Below, one piece after another: positions 27,736 to 37,550 of a stretch of DNA of 64,000 nucleotides. The notes beneath the pieces are model-generated. The model was not told where the DNA came from. It worked only from the letters and a program-made list of their open reading frames with translations, and ran no database searches. The translations under genes and the position numbers were made by a program. Origin of the DNA: an uncultured Actinomycetota bacterium (GTDB lineage: Bacteria; Actinomycetota; Actinomycetes; Propionibacteriales; Propionibacteriaceae); NCBI GenBank assembly GCA_963808495.1, contig CAWEGC010000008.1:291577-355576 (forward strand), in the 5' to 3' direction. The first letter of the stretch is position 1. Each line of letters starts with the position of its first letter.

Positions 27736-28416
27736 ATGAGGCGGACTCCGGCGAAGGCCGAGAGTCCGCCCGAGTCGAGCCGGCAGGAATGGGCGCCAAT
27801 CCGAGCGGGCCAGAGTTCGTGCCCGCCAGCGCCGCCGACATCGGAACCTCCTCCGTCGCTGGGAACGACCGATGCTTGGCGCGCCGAGACCGCGCGGCAC
27901 CGGCGCTGGCCAGGCGTCCTCAGTGTGAGCCTGATCGTGGTCGTTGCTCTGGTCGTGCTGGTGGCGAGCGCCGTGGCGCGGTACCGGGACACGCACGTCG
28001 TCGCTCCGCCGCCGGTCACTGTGCCGACGATTCGGGCCGATCCGCCCAATCATGGCGAGATCGAGTTCACAACGCCAGACGGCAACGGCAGGCTGATCCT
28101 CCTCAGCCGCAGCTGGCGAGAGACGGGGCGCGAACAGCCCCTGAACGGAACCTACCTTCTGGTCGAGGTCAAGATCGTCTGCACCGGTGGTCGCTTGGGT
28201 TACGACCCGTACAACTTTCAAGCGTTTGATCACACCGGTGGATTGTTCGATGTCGCGGAAGCCGGTGCCTCGCGTCAGGTACTGGGCGTAGGCCAGCTTT
28301 CTGAGGGACAGAGCACGCGTGGATTCTTGGCCTTCGACATCCCGCGCGGCGAGGTGACGTTGCTGATGAGCGACGATTCCGACCAGTCGATCACTGCGCT
28401 GAAGATTCCTGCCTGA
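27736..28416 (+). CDS. Single-TM protein with DUF4352-like Ig domain (start uncertain)
   Basis: Pro-rich N-terminus, TM helix, then YLLVEVKI...YDPYNF...LSEGQSTRGFLAFDIP. Confidence 0.6.
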   Translation: MRRTPAKAESPPESSRQEWAPIRAGQSSCPPAPPTSEPPPSLGTTDAWRAETARHRRWPGVLSVSLIVVVALVVLVASAVARYRDTHVVAPPPVTVPTIRADPPNHGEIEFTTPDGNGRLILLSRSWRETGREQPLNGTYLLVEVKIVCTGGRLGYDPYNFQAFDHTGGLFDVAEAGASRQVLGVGQLSEGQSTRGFLAFDIPRGEVTLLMSDDSDQSITALKIPA

Positions 28417-28444
28417 CGGCAGACCAGCGCGACGCTCGAGTTCG

Positions 28445-28852
28445 TCAACGAAGCGTCTTCCGGATGACCAGTTTCAGCCCCGACCAGGTCTGGTCAATTG
28501 CGCAGACCTTGACGTCGACCAAGCCGGTGGGAAGCACAATCTCGCGAATGACGTTTTCGGTCAGGTCGGTCGGCATCTTGCTCGCCCGCTTCGGCCAGAC
28601 GACCCAGACCATCCCGTCCGGCGCCACAGCCGACTTCAGGGCCAGCACCTTTGTCGACAGGTCCGCGGCGTACTGAACGAAGATCAGCACGACGTCCGCG
28701 GAACGTGTCAGTCGGCGGCTGACCTTGACTCCGCTTGGCATCTCCCCAAGCAGATCTGAGAAGTTCGGCGGGGCGTGCAGCAGGACCACGGACATGTCAG
28801 GCGCGAATCCGAGCTTCTTGACCAGCGGTGTATCGGAGTAGCCAACGGCCAT
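28445..28852 (-). CDS. DUF3052 family protein
   Basis: GYSDTPLVKKLG, WVVWPKRASK, GLVDVKVCAID. Confidence 0.85.
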   Translation of the reverse strand: MAVGYSDTPLVKKLGFAPDMSVVLLHAPPNFSDLLGEMPSGVKVSRRLTRSADVVLIFVQYAADLSTKVLALKSAVAPDGMVWVVWPKRASKMPTDLTENVIREIVLPTGLVDVKVCAIDQTWSGLKLVIRKTLR

Positions 28853-28907
28853 CAGCCCATCTCCCTCCGCGCCTCAGCATGCCAGCCCCGAGAGCGAGGA
28901 AGGCAGC

Positions 28908-29075
28908 GGTGGGCTGGCCAACCGGCTCACGTGGCTCCGTGCCGGCGTCCTCCGCGACGGCAACGTCTCGGTAGCGGCCCGGGCGGTCGTGGCAAGTGCG
29001 ACACCCGGCCTGGCCTCCCGGTCTTGACCGCGGTCCTCCTGGCCTGGTCGGCTGGCAGTGGTTGCTGGCCGTGTT
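28908..29075 (+). pseudogene. Degraded 5' fragment of a VIT1/CCC1 transporter gene
   Basis: Translates as GGLANRLTWLRAGVLRDGNVSVAA..., resembling the VIT1 signature RLNWLRAGVLGANDGIVS with a deletion, substitutions and an early stop. Confidence 0.55.
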
Positions 29076-29396
29076 GGCCGTAAACGCTCGTGCCTCCCGC
29101 CATTGACGAGAGGCACGAACACATTCCCCGAGCTTCGCGGCCGTAGGCCGCCGCGGCGAGTACCCCGCTCGCTGACTGCGAGGTGCAGCCAAGCAGCCTC
29201 ACAGTCAACGTGCGAGGCACTCACCGGGCCAAATCCGCCGATCCCTCCCCCTTCGAGAACCCTGCGGACGAACAATGGTGTTCGGGCCCTTGGCGGTCAA
29301 GTGCTGTTGCCCAGCGCTTGATCCCTCAAGCAAATTAGCTGCGACTCCTTGGAGTGTCGACCCCGGACCCGCGGATTGTCGCCTATTGGCCATGTC

Positions 29397-29425
29397 AAAA
29401 ACCGGACACTTCTAGTCGGGTGTCC
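29397..29425 (-). terminator. Possible intrinsic terminator after the SNF2 gene
   Basis: GGACAC...GTGTCC stem followed by GGTTTTT on the minus strand, about 20 nt after the stop at 29446. Confidence 0.45.
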
Positions 29426-29445
29426 TAACGGTTCGGTTGCAGACC

Positions 29446-32400
29446 CTAGCTGACAAGGGCCCGGATCTCGGTCACCGACAGCGGCACGCCGGCCAGCGCG
29501 TCGTCACCAAACATGGCGGCGAACAGTTGCTCCTTGCGCTCCTTCAGCTCCATGACCTTCTCCTCAATGGTGTCACGAGCCACAAGGCGATAGACCAGCA
29601 CCGTCTTTGTCTGGCCGATGCGGTGCGTACGGTCGACGGCTTGCGCTTCGGTGGCGGGATTCCACCAGGGATCGAGCAGGAAGCAGTAGTCCGCCTCCGG
29701 CAGATTGAGCCCAAATCCTCCAGCCTTCAGGCTGATCAGAAAGACCGGAACCCGTCCACTGCGGAAGCGTTCGACGGCGACCGATCGATTCCTCGTCCGG
29801 CCGTCCAGGTACGCGTAGTCGATGCCCTCCTCCTCGAGCCGAGCTCTGATCTTGCTGAGGAAACTCGTGAACTGGCTGAAGACCAGTCCGGAATGGCCCT
29901 CGGCCACCAGCTCGCGGAGCTGCTCACAGAGCACCTCGATCTTGCTCGCCGGAACACCGGCGTGGATGTCGTCGACCAGGCTCGGGTCAAGACTCAACTG
30001 CCGGAGCAGAGTCAGTGAGCGGAGGATGGTGAATCGGTTCCGGTCAAGATCATCGATGAGACCCAGCACCTTCTGTCGTTCACGCTGCAGGTGAGTCTGG
30101 TAGATCCGCATGTGTTTCGGTTGCAGGACGACCTCGACGACCTGCTCCTGCTTGGGCGGCAGCTCGGACGCCACGCGTTCCTTGGTCCGACGCAGCATCA
30201 ACGGCGAGATCCGGCGCCGAAGTCGGCCCATCAGTTGTGGGTCCTGGGCCCGTTCGATGGGCCGCCGGTAGAACTCCGAGAACCTGTCGGGGTGGGGGAA
30301 CAGTCCGGGTGCGGCGATGGAGAGCAGGGCCCACAGTTCCATCAGGTTGTTTTCCAGCGGCGTGCCAGTGATCGCGAGCTTGAAGTCCGATCGCAGCCGA
30401 CGGGCACTCTGGTAGGTCTTGGCCCGATAGTTCTTGACGAACTGAGCCTCGTCCAAGAGCACCCCGGCCCAGGGCAGTTCAGCATAGGAATCGGCGTCGA
30501 TTCGCAACAGCGTGTAGGACGTGACCACGACATCAGCGCCGGCAACCGCCTCGGCCAAGGACTGTCGGCGACGGGCCTGGGACCCTTCGATGGTGATCAC
30601 CGAGAGGTCCGGGGCAAAGCGGTCTGCCTCAGCGGCCCAGTTCGACACCACGCTCGTCGGTGCGACGACGAGAAAGGGCGGATCTTCGGGCCCCGCCAGC
30701 CGGGCATGACAGATGAGCGCGAGCGCCTGAATGGTTTTTCCCAGGCCCATGTCGTCGGCGAGGATGCCACCCAGGCCATGGCTCCAGAGCATCTGCAACC
30801 AGCGAAATCCCTCGACCTGGTAATGCCGCAGGGTTGCCTTGAGCGTCGAAGGTGTAGCCACCGATTCCGGAATTCGGGTCGCTTGATCCTCGCCCGACAG
30901 CGCCCGGACGGAAGCTGATCCACCTCTCAGCCTGTCCGACCACGACGCCGAGTTTGATCAAGTCATCCCAGAGCCCCGCCTGGAACTTGCTGATCCTCAA
31001 GCCTGGCCGGTCCCGGTCCTGCAGCGCCCGAGCCTCTTCGATGAGATCTCGCAGTTGATCAAGCTCCGGTCGGTCGAGGGAAAAGTAGACGCCGGTATCC
31101 AGGATCAGATAATCCTGCCGCTGGCTGAGGGCGACGAACAGTGCTTCGAAAGGAACCACCTCGTTCTCGAGTGAAACGGCGATGTGTAGGTCGAACCAGT
31201 CCGAGTCCTCGTCGTTCTCTGCAGTGGAGACCTCGATCACCGGCTGCGCTCCGGTCTCGCGGTAGTCCAGAACGTCGCCGAGGAGGGTGACCTGTACGCC
31301 AGCTCGCTCGAGCGATGGAAGGACCTCGGCGGCACACAGGGCGGCGTGCACACCGCCCAACAGGACGTGCGCTAGGGGACGGGGGCGGCCGCCGACCTCG
31401 GCGAGCTGAGGAATCTTGTCGTACGGCAGGGGCAACTGCTCCAGCTGTCGCTGCTCCTCGGCGACATCCCTGACGGACGGCCGCCTGACTGGCTCATCGA
31501 GGTCGAACGTCGCCACCGAATCACCGATCCGGTACTCCCACGCCCAGTCGAGGCGGAGTCGGTGCTCCTCTTTGAACGTGGCGAGGAGGGTGAGAACCGG
31601 AGGCTGATATTCGGGCAGCGAGACCGATCCGTCGGTTGAGATGATCGCGACTTTCTGGCGGAGCTGCGGCAGGTAATCGGTGGTGAACCGGTGTTCGTCA
31701 GCGGGAGGAACGGTCAGCGAAGGGCCATCGGTGAGAAGCTGGCGCAGCTCTCTGCTGAGCGGCTGGGTGAGCTGAAGCAGACTCAAGGTGGGGGTTGCGT
31801 TGGGCGCCGGTCCCCAATGAAACAGGCCATGTGCCGGATCGCCGAGCAACCCGATGCGCGGCAGCTGGAGTTCACGACCCTCCTGAAGCACGGCGGGAGA
31901 CACGACGAGCGCGCCTTCGTCGGAGCGCCGCACGTTCAACACCACCGACGCGTTGGTCTGGCACAGCTGGGGGGCGTTCGCCGAACCTGCAACCAGTAAT
32001 GTGAGCCCGCTCTCCGCGGCCTGCTCCAGCAGGGACCACCAGACGCTGGTTACCGAGCTGACCGAGAGCCACGGCGTGCGGGGAAACATGTAGCGAGCGC
32101 TCGCGCCGGCCGCGGCCCGAAACTGCAGAAGCAGATCGACATGGGTTGGCAGATAACTGCGGCTGGCATAGTCCAGGTCCTCCCATCCGATGCCGGTGCG
32201 AATCCACTTTCCGCTCTTACCGGCGCGCAGCGGTCGGATGCGCAGGTCGATCCGACCAGGTTGTCCTCGGTAGGTCGGCATCTGCTCGACCTCAAACTCC
32301 AGGCCCAGCCGGTCAGTCGCGACCGGTGGCGGATCCGGTGCGATCGCGACCTTGCGGAGAGTCCGCTCCCACGCTGGTTGCGCCAGCTGGGCGGAAACAC

Positions 32401-32707
32401 CTGCCATGCTGCGCGCCACGATCAGCACCGCGGCGGCATGCTTGCAGTCCATGGCGACCGGACAGGAGCAGACGCCGCGATGTGCAGTGAGCGCACCCGA
32501 GGCGGACTGGGCCAACTGAATGGAGGTGGCGTAATCGTCGCGGTAGCTTCCCCGAACCCGGCCACGAATGATCAGGCTGGGTTCGTCGAGCTCGACATCG
32601 GTCACCCGACCGTTGCGCGCGTACACCATGCCCCGAGCGAATGCCTCGTGGCCGACCATCTGGACGATGGCATCGTTGCCGAGCATCGATGTCCAGGATC
32701 CGGCCAT
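29446..32707 (-). CDS. SWIM zinc finger plus SNF2-family helicase (frameshift(s) near 30880-30920)
   Basis: CSCPVAMDCKH (SWIM); LADDMGLGKT, DEAQ, TGTPLEN, SLKAGGFGLNL, DPWWNP, QAVDRTHRIGQ. Confidence 0.92.
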
Positions 32708-32736
32708 GATTCGCATGCTAATCCTCGGTGAGGACA
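32708..32736 (-). promoter_or_regulatory. Leaderless promoter with a PafBC/RecA-NDp-like element
   Basis: TGTCCT-N10-TAGCAT-N7-ATG on the minus strand; the PafBC consensus is TGTCGG-N10-TANNNT. Confidence 0.4.
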
Positions 32737-32871
32737 CCACCTGCCAGTTGCAGCGCGGCAACAGCCACCCCACTGTACCTGGGTCGGATCGGCGGTGCCA
32801 CAGTTAGCTCTACGACGCCGGCGGGGCGCCGTGCGATCGAGCCTGCGGCTCACCAACAGATGGAGGGATCT

Positions 32872-33584
32872 ATGAGCGAATCAACGCCCACTCCCAGCGA
32901 GGGTTACGAGAAGCTGGAAGGAATAGCCGACGGCGGCGCTGACGGTGTTCCGGGCATCCAAGACGGCGGCGCTGACGGTGGTGCGGACAGCGGCGCTGAC
33001 GGTGGCGCGTCGGACAGGGGTGCCGATAGGGGCTCGGATCTTGGTGCAGATGTGGGCGCGGGATCGGGTTCGGACCTCGGTGCGGACCTCGGGGCGGGAT
33101 CAGGCTCTGACCTTGGAGCGGATGCCGGAGCCGGCGCCCGAGCAGACAGCGGCGCCGATGGTGGGGCCGCGGAGACGGGGGCGCAGACAGTGGCGCATTC
33201 GGGGACGGCGGAGCCGATAGCGGGGCCGACGGCGGTGCTCGCGGAGACAGCGGCGCATCCGGGGACGGCGGAGCCGACCGAGGTGCCGATCGCGGAGCCG
33301 ACGGAGGGGCCGACGGCGGAGCAGACAGCGGCGCCGGGGACGATGCGTTCGGCGCTGACCGGGGTACTGGGTACGACAGCGACGTGGCCGGCGCCGGAGG
33401 AGTTGCCGGATCGCAAAGTGGACCCGACGGCCCGCAGACTGCGGCCGGAGCCAGTGGAGCCACCGGAATGGCGGACGGCGGCGCCGATGGTGGCGCTGAC
33501 GGCGGAGCTGATGGCGGCGCCGAAACGAGCTACGGGGCTGACCGCGCGGCCACAGATCCAAACCTCGATCGCGACAATCTCTAA
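32872..33584 (+). CDS. Asp/Gly/Ala-rich protein of ~30 D-x-G-A repeats (~237 aa after restoring one C near 33168)
   Basis: RBS GGAGGG at 32862; MSESTPTPSEGYEKLEGIADGGADG...; after GCC(C)GC the repeat register continues RGDGGADSGA...MADGGADGGADGGADGGAETS...DRDNL* to the TAA at 33582-33584. Confidence 0.75.
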
Positions 33585-33601
33585 CGGTGGATTGATTCCT
33601 A

Positions 33602-34843
33602 TTGACTCCACCTCGTGACCCAGGCGGGGTGCCCGGAAGTCAAGCCGGGCACCCCATGCTCACTCAGCTGATCAGCATCGACTCCGAGCGTTTCGCGAGC
33701 GACTACTGGGGTAGGCAAGCCCTGCTCTCCCGAGCCGCGGAACTGCCGGGCGGCTTCGCTGCGCTGTTGAACAGCGAAGCCATCGACGAACTCGTTTCCC
33801 AGCGCGGACTCCGGACACCATTTCTGCGGGTGGCCAAGAACGGGTCGACACTCGCCGAGAAGGCCTTCACCGGACCCGGCGGCGTGGGGGCCACAATCGC
33901 CGACCAGGTCAGCGACGACAAGCTCGTCCGCCTCTTCGCGGATGGGTCGACGCTGGTTCTCCAGGCACTGCACCGGGTCTGGCCGCCGATCATCGAGTTC
34001 TGCCAGCGACTGGCGACCGAGCTCGGACATCCGGTTCAGGCCAATGCCTACGTCACTCCCCCGCAGAACCAGGGCTTCAGTAACCACTACGACGTACACG
34101 ACGTCTTCGTCCTCCAACTTGAAGGGTCGAAACGCTGGCAGATTCATTCACCGGTGCTGGAGGCGCCGTTGCGTGACCAGCCGTGGAACGATCGCCAGGC
34201 GGATGTCGAGTTGCGGGCCGCTGAGCGTCCGCTGATCGAGGCCGTGCTGGAGCCGGGCGACTGTCTCTACCTTCCGCGCGGCTTCCTGCACGCCGCCAAA
34301 GCCTTGGGTGGCGTCAGCACACACCTGACCATCGGCGTCCATTCCTGGACGCGCTTCGCCCTCGCGGACGACATGCTTCGACAGGCGTTGCAGGCTGTGG
34401 CCCGAGATCCAGAAATCCGTCGCTCGCTGCCGCTGGGCGTCGACTTCACTGATCCGGGGCCACTGAGCCGTGATGTCGAGCTTGTCCGGCGTTCCCTGAT
34501 CCGTGCGCTGGAGACCGCCGATCCGGAAGAGATCCTCAGCACGCTGCGCCGTAACGTCCGCGGCACTCAGCGCGCTGCCCCCATCGGCCCACTACGCCAG
34601 CTTCGGGATGCCAACCGCATCACCGCCACCGCCAGGGTCGCGCTGCGGAAGCACTTGGCCGCATCCGTTGATCAGGTCGGTGGGCGAAGTACGGTTCGCA
34701 GCCGCGCAGGAGACTTTCCGCTGCGGGAGGAAGACGTCGCGCCGATGAGGACCTTGCTCGAAAGCGGTTCCGCACGAGCCGATGATCTTGGTCTGGACCT
34801 CGCCCGGCGATTGGTGCTGGCTGGCCTGGCCACCGTGGAGTGA
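33602..34843 (+). CDS. JmjC/Cupin_4 2-oxoglutarate-Fe(II) oxygenase (YcfD/RoxA-NO66-like)
   Basis: NAYVTP, HYDVHDVFVLQLEGSKRW (HxD plus 2OG Lys), LEPGDCLYLPRGFLHAA (distal His), C-terminal helical/winged-helix region. Confidence 0.88.
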   Translation: MTPPRDPGGVPGSQAGHPMLTQLISIDSERFASDYWGRQALLSRAAELPGGFAALLNSEAIDELVSQRGLRTPFLRVAKNGSTLAEKAFTGPGGVGATIADQVSDDKLVRLFADGSTLVLQALHRVWPPIIEFCQRLATELGHPVQANAYVTPPQNQGFSNHYDVHDVFVLQLEGSKRWQIHSPVLEAPLRDQPWNDRQADVELRAAERPLIEAVLEPGDCLYLPRGFLHAAKALGGVSTHLTIGVHSWTRFALADDMLRQALQAVARDPEIRRSLPLGVDFTDPGPLSRDVELVRRSLIRALETADPEEILSTLRRNVRGTQRAAPIGPLRQLRDANRITATARVALRKHLAASVDQVGGRSTVRSRAGDFPLREEDVAPMRTLLESGSARADDLGLDLARRLVLAGLATVE

Positions 34844-35764
34844 GGCAGCATCAGGCGCGCTTCCGTTGCGCGGACGCGGCACGCGAGCGGGGCGATCCGA
34901 TCGCCGGCTCCGCCCCGCAGACCCGTCGTTGGCTGCTGCTTGAGCACCTCGGCCCGTGGTCGATCGACGCTGTCGCCGGTTCTGGCATCGAGCCTGCCAT
35001 CCTCGAGCGGCTGAGTGATGCGGCACAGCGGACCACGACCAGAATTTTGCTGGTCCGTCGGCACGGCAGGAAGAGTCGAGGGCTGGACCGGCGATGGATC
35101 CTGGCCGGTCTGGACGCAGCCACGGTGCAAGGCACGTGGCAGAGCGACACCGACTTGGCTTCCGCAGCCGATGCCTTGATGACTGAGGCGCCGCGCGCCA
35201 CCACCGAACCGGAGCCGATCATCCTGGTGTGCACCCATGGAGTGCACGACACCTGCTGCGCTTTACGCGGCCGCCCAGTTGCCGCCGCGCTGTCCGCTCA
35301 GTGGCCGGAATTGGTCTGGGAGTGCAGCCATGTGGGGGGTGATCGCTTCGCTCCCAACGTTCTCGTGCTCCCCGACGGTTTCTACTACGGCAACCTCGCG
35401 CCCGATGAAGCGGTGACGACGGTGCAACATCACCTAACCGGCGCTGTTGCTCATGAGTACCTTCGCGGCGTCGTTCGCTACCCGCCTCCGGTGCAAGCCG
35501 CGGTAGTCGCAACGTACGAGCGCTGTCCTCCCTTGGGCCCCGGTCAGATCACTGTGCGATCGGTCAACCAGATCGGTCCGCACGACGGGCACGGCTCGGA
35601 GACCGATTGTTGATCTTGAGGTACCGACGTTGCGCGCGGACTTCCGAGCGGAGATGCTGTCGGTTCGCCGTCCGGAGGCCAAACTGACGTGCCGCGCCGA
35701 TCGGGAGACGCCCGCCACGGAGTACCGGCTTCTACGCTTCGAGCAGGCAACTCCGGATGGATAG
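34840..35764 (+). CDS. Sucrase/ferredoxin-like (Apd1/Aim32-type thioredoxin-like [2Fe-2S]) protein (frameshift near 35605)
   Basis: WLLLEHLGPW, RILLVRR, LVCTHGVHDTCCALRG, WECSHVGGDRFAPN; the C-terminus ...AKLTCRADRE...QATPDG* lies in the shifted frame; GTGA overlap with the cupin stop. Confidence 0.85.
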
Positions 35765-35795
35765 GGTCGCGGGTGAGTGTTTGCGTGAGGAGCGC

Positions 35796-36224
35796 ATGAT
35801 GCCGACCATCCACGTTTCCGTCGTCACATCCCTGAGCCCTCAGGAAGCGATCCGGCGGCTCAGCGATTTCGGACCCAATCGCGCGGAGACCTGGCCGAAC
35901 GTCGATCCAGAAGGCGTCAAGGTTCACCAACAGGGACCCGACTGGGCCGATGTCACCGAGGGCAACCGCTTCGCCTGGGAGCGCGAACGCTACGAGTGGG
36001 ACACCGAAGCTGGGACCGTCTCCTCGGTCACCACCGACTCCAACGTGTGGCAAGCGGGTCCGGCTTGGAGTTACCGGCTCATCGCCCAACCGGAGGGCAC
36101 CCGCGTCGACGTGACGGCTCGCCGGGAAGGCAAAGGCGTCAGAGGAAAGATCGTCGGTGCGCTGCTGTCGATCGTCGGCAAGAGAATGATCCGATCCAGC
36201 ACTGCTTCGGCCCTCAGGCCCTGA
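35796..36224 (+). CDS. SRPBCC/polyketide-cyclase-like protein
   Basis: RBS GAGGAG; about 142 aa with a helix-grip-like pattern (WERERYEW, GTRVDVT). Confidence 0.6.
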   Translation: MMPTIHVSVVTSLSPQEAIRRLSDFGPNRAETWPNVDPEGVKVHQQGPDWADVTEGNRFAWERERYEWDTEAGTVSSVTTDSNVWQAGPAWSYRLIAQPEGTRVDVTARREGKGVRGKIVGALLSIVGKRMIRSSTASALRP

Positions 36225-36232
36225 GCTGCTCC

Positions 36233-37402
36233 TCAGAGACTGACTCGCAGGATCAGATCGTCGTCGCGTCCGGGCGCGGTACGGCCGTCGGTGTTGCTGG
36301 TCGTCATCCACAAAGTCCCATCCGGAGCTGCAGCCACGCTTCGAATCCGACCGTAATCCTCGGTGAAATAGGCTCTCGGCTTGCCCGCGGCAGTGCCCCT
36401 GAGTGGCACGGCGAACAGGCACTGCCCGCGCAGCGCACCGACGAACGCTGTCGAGGCGGTGATCGCGAGACCGGCGGGCGAACAGCTACTGGTGGGTGAC
36501 CACGTCAGCTTCGGTGCCTCCAATCCGGATTCGTCCGAGCGTCCCTCAACGCGCGGCCACCCGTAGTTCCTGCCCTTGACAATGAGGTTGAGCTCATCCG
36601 ACTTCTGCTCGCCGAACTCGGTAGCCCATAACCGGCCCTTTTCGTCGAACGCCAGGCCCTCCACGTTGCGATGGCCGTAGCTCCAGACCCGATTGCCGTA
36701 CGGATTGCCGGGGGCGGCCCGACCGTCGGGGCGAATCCGCAGAATCTTGCCCAGTATCGAATCCTTGTCCTGCGCAGCAGAGGAATTCCCGGCATCACCG
36801 GTGGCGACGAACAGCATGCCCTGCCGGTCGAACAGCAGCCGACCGCCATGATGGCGAACGCCGGTGGGGATGCCGGTCAGAATCTCTTTGGGCCGTCCCA
36901 GCCGACCGCGCGCCAAACTGCAGCGGACGACACGATCGTCGCTTCCAGTGGTGATGTGCGCGAACAATGTCTCCTCATCGTCTGGCGCAAGAGCGATGCC
37001 CATCAGCCCGCCCTCGCCGAAACCGGAGGGTGCGACGACCCCGGCAACGTCGCCGACTGAGCTGACCTTGCCTCGGTTCGAGATCCGCACCACCCGGCCT
37101 GAGTTCCGCTCCGAGACGAGCGCATCGCCGGAACTCAGGAAGGCGATCCCCCAAGGAACGTTGAGGTTGTCGGCAATGATGCCGGTGACCTTCGGCCTAG
37201 GCGCCGCGGTCCTCGACGGTGACGCTGAGGGCGTTCGTGCGGAGCTGGGGGAAGTTCGCGTTGGACTCGGCGTTGCCCCCGATGGGACCGCCTGAGGCGA
37301 TGAGCTTGATGGACTTTGGCTGCCAGCCGTAGCGGAACATCCAGAAGCCACACCCAGAGCAGCACCAGCCGAGCCAAGAAGGAGCGTTCGTCGAGAGACC
37401 AC
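36233..37402 (-). CDS. Tat-exported lipoprotein, PQQ-dependent sugar dehydrogenase (GSDH family)
   Basis: SRRTLL twin-arginine signal, lipobox-like ASGC; PWGIAF, GEGGLMG, HHGGRL, YGHRNVEG, GRNYGWP, GRIRSV. Confidence 0.88.
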   Translation of the reverse strand: MVSRRTLLLGSAGAALGVASGCSATAGSQSPSSSSPQAVPSGATPSPTRTSPSSARTPSASPSRTAAPRPKVTGIIADNLNVPWGIAFLSSGDALVSERNSGRVVRISNRGKVSSVGDVAGVVAPSGFGEGGLMGIALAPDDEETLFAHITTGSDDRVVRCSLARGRLGRPKEILTGIPTGVRHHGGRLLFDRQGMLFVATGDAGNSSAAQDKDSILGKILRIRPDGRAAPGNPYGNRVWSYGHRNVEGLAFDEKGRLWATEFGEQKSDELNLIVKGRNYGWPRVEGRSDESGLEAPKLTWSPTSSCSPAGLAITASTAFVGALRGQCLFAVPLRGTAAGKPRAYFTEDYGRIRSVAAAPDGTLWMTTSNTDGRTAPGRDDDLILRVSL

Positions 37403-37550
37403 GCTGAATTGTGGCGCGCTGGCGAAGGGCGTACACAGAATCGAGCCTCAAGACCATGCCGCTATGCACCCGGTCGTGCCGAAAACGGGGCCATGAAGAA
37501 CAGCCCCGGTCCGGTTCGGCTGATTTTGCGGGTGGGGTGCATGGTTGGAC

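Noticed and set aside
32870-33611. Antisense SAPP-repeat ORFs, or a CRISPR/VNTR reading of the repeat region
   Set aside because: These are mirror frames of the D-x-G-A gene; there is no constant DNA repeat with unique spacers, and synonymous variation fits the plus-strand protein.
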